Both the position numbers and the translations under genes were made by a program. DNA of 63,137 bases, the filler included, from Octopus bimaculoides (Eukaryota): the NCBI RefSeq assembly GCF_001194135.2. It is 6 parts of 6 records of this genome, joined end to end, with 100 filler letters (N's around TTAATTAATTAA, not from the genome) between each part and the next. Parts side by side here need not be neighbours in the genome. Positions count along the whole stretch, not along the records: positions 61,959 to 63,137 come from NC_068985.1; 5 more parts are not named here. One strand, given 5' to 3'. The notes beneath the pieces are model-generated. The model made no database searches. It saw only the letters and a list, made by a program, of their open reading frames with translations, and was not told the origin of the DNA. Shown in pieces: positions 62,180 through 63,137 of this stretch (the first letter of the stretch is position 1; each line of letters opens with the position of its first letter).

Positions 62180-62825
62180 TTTTTCCTCTCTTTTTTTCTC
62201 TCTCTGTAGTAGTTATCTCCCCTTCCATCTCTCTTTCTTTCTCACTCACGCAGCGATAATTATCTCTCTCTTTCTTCTTCTCTTGCCCTCTCTGCAACAG
62301 TCATGTCACCCACACTGTCTCTCTCTCTCTCTTCCTCTTTCTCTCTCTCTCTCTTTGTCTCCCTTTCCTCTTTTCCTCTCCTATCTCCAGTCTCTTTCTC
62401 TCTCCTTCTCACCTCTCTGTTACGCCCTCTCTTTCCCTCTCTCTCTCTTTCTTTCTTTATCTCCCTTTCCTCTCTTTCTCTCCCTTTTCCCAATCTCTCT
62501 CTCCCTCTCCCCTCTCTGTTACACCCTCTCTTTCACTCTCACTCTTTCCCTCTCTCTTTCTTTCTCTCTTTCTTTGTCTCCCTTCCCTCTTTTTCTCTCC
62601 CTTCCCTCTCTCTCTCTCTCTTTCTTTGTCTCCCTTCCCTCTCTCTCTCTCTTTCCTTTTCTCTTTCTCTCTCTCTCTCTTTGTCTCCCTTTCCTCTTTT
62701 CTCTCCCTTCTCCAGCCTCTCTCTCTCCCTCTCCCCTCTCTGTTACGCCCTCTCTGTCTCTTTCCGACTCTCCCCTCTCTTTCCTTCTCTCTTTCTCTCT
62801 CTCTCCCTCTCTCTCCTTCTCCCGA
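62180..62825. repeat. CT-rich minisatellite / polypyrimidine tract
   Basis: Almost pure C/T, with recurring units tctccctttcctct...ctctctgttac(g/a)ccctctc. Confidence 0.85.
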
Positions 62826-62864
62826 GTGCTTATTGCACATCTTACTCGTTCACTGTTACCGCTA

Positions 62865-62882
62865 TTATAATTATTATTATTA

Positions 62883-62937
<55 letters not shown>

Positions 62938-62958
62938 CATTATTATTATTATTATTAC

Positions 62959-63006
<48 letters not shown>

Positions 63007-63032
63007 TACTATTATTATTATTATTATTATTA

Positions 63033-63081
<49 letters not shown>

Positions 63082-63084
63082 CAG

Positions 63085-63135
<51 letters not shown>

Positions 63136-63137
63136 CA
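62865..63137. repeat. (TTA)n microsatellite; representative of dozens of (CA)n, (TA)n, (TCTA)n, (AAT)n, (GAT)n, (CTT)n, (CAG/TAG)n tracts in the window
   Basis: Direct inspection. Confidence 0.95.

Overview
AT-rich, gap-riddled eukaryotic DNA that is extremely rich in microsatellites. The tRNA-derived SINE families and repeat style point to an octopus/cephalopod genome (inference). Five artificial N44-TTAATTAATTAA-N44 spacers split the window into six blocks whose adjacency is not guaranteed. Only one intact host-type ORF is visible: a 257-aa single-exon, very divergent A/B-type cyclin (55023-55796, minus). It lacks the N-terminal regulatory region and both CDK-contacting residues (Lys->Asp, Glu->Tyr), and a degenerate TTAGGG array lies just downstream. 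A candidate first exon of a secreted protein lies at 37798-37905. The rest is mostly transposon debris: a near-complete hAT transposase pseudogene, three Penelope-like elements (PLEs), Tx1/L1-type LINEs, RTE and R4/Dong LINE fragments, mariners, a Chapaev-like fragment, MITEs and many SINEs. Three things stand out. (1) A Tx1-type LINE/SINE system appears to insert repeatedly at fixed positions in tRNA-derived SINE heads. (2) A set of PLE-type minimal hammerhead ribozyme motifs includes recurrent non-canonical cores (CUGUNGA, UUGAAGA), some duplicated into fold-back elements. (3) The cyclin may be a pseudo-cyclin. All calls are by eye, with no database searches or folding runs.
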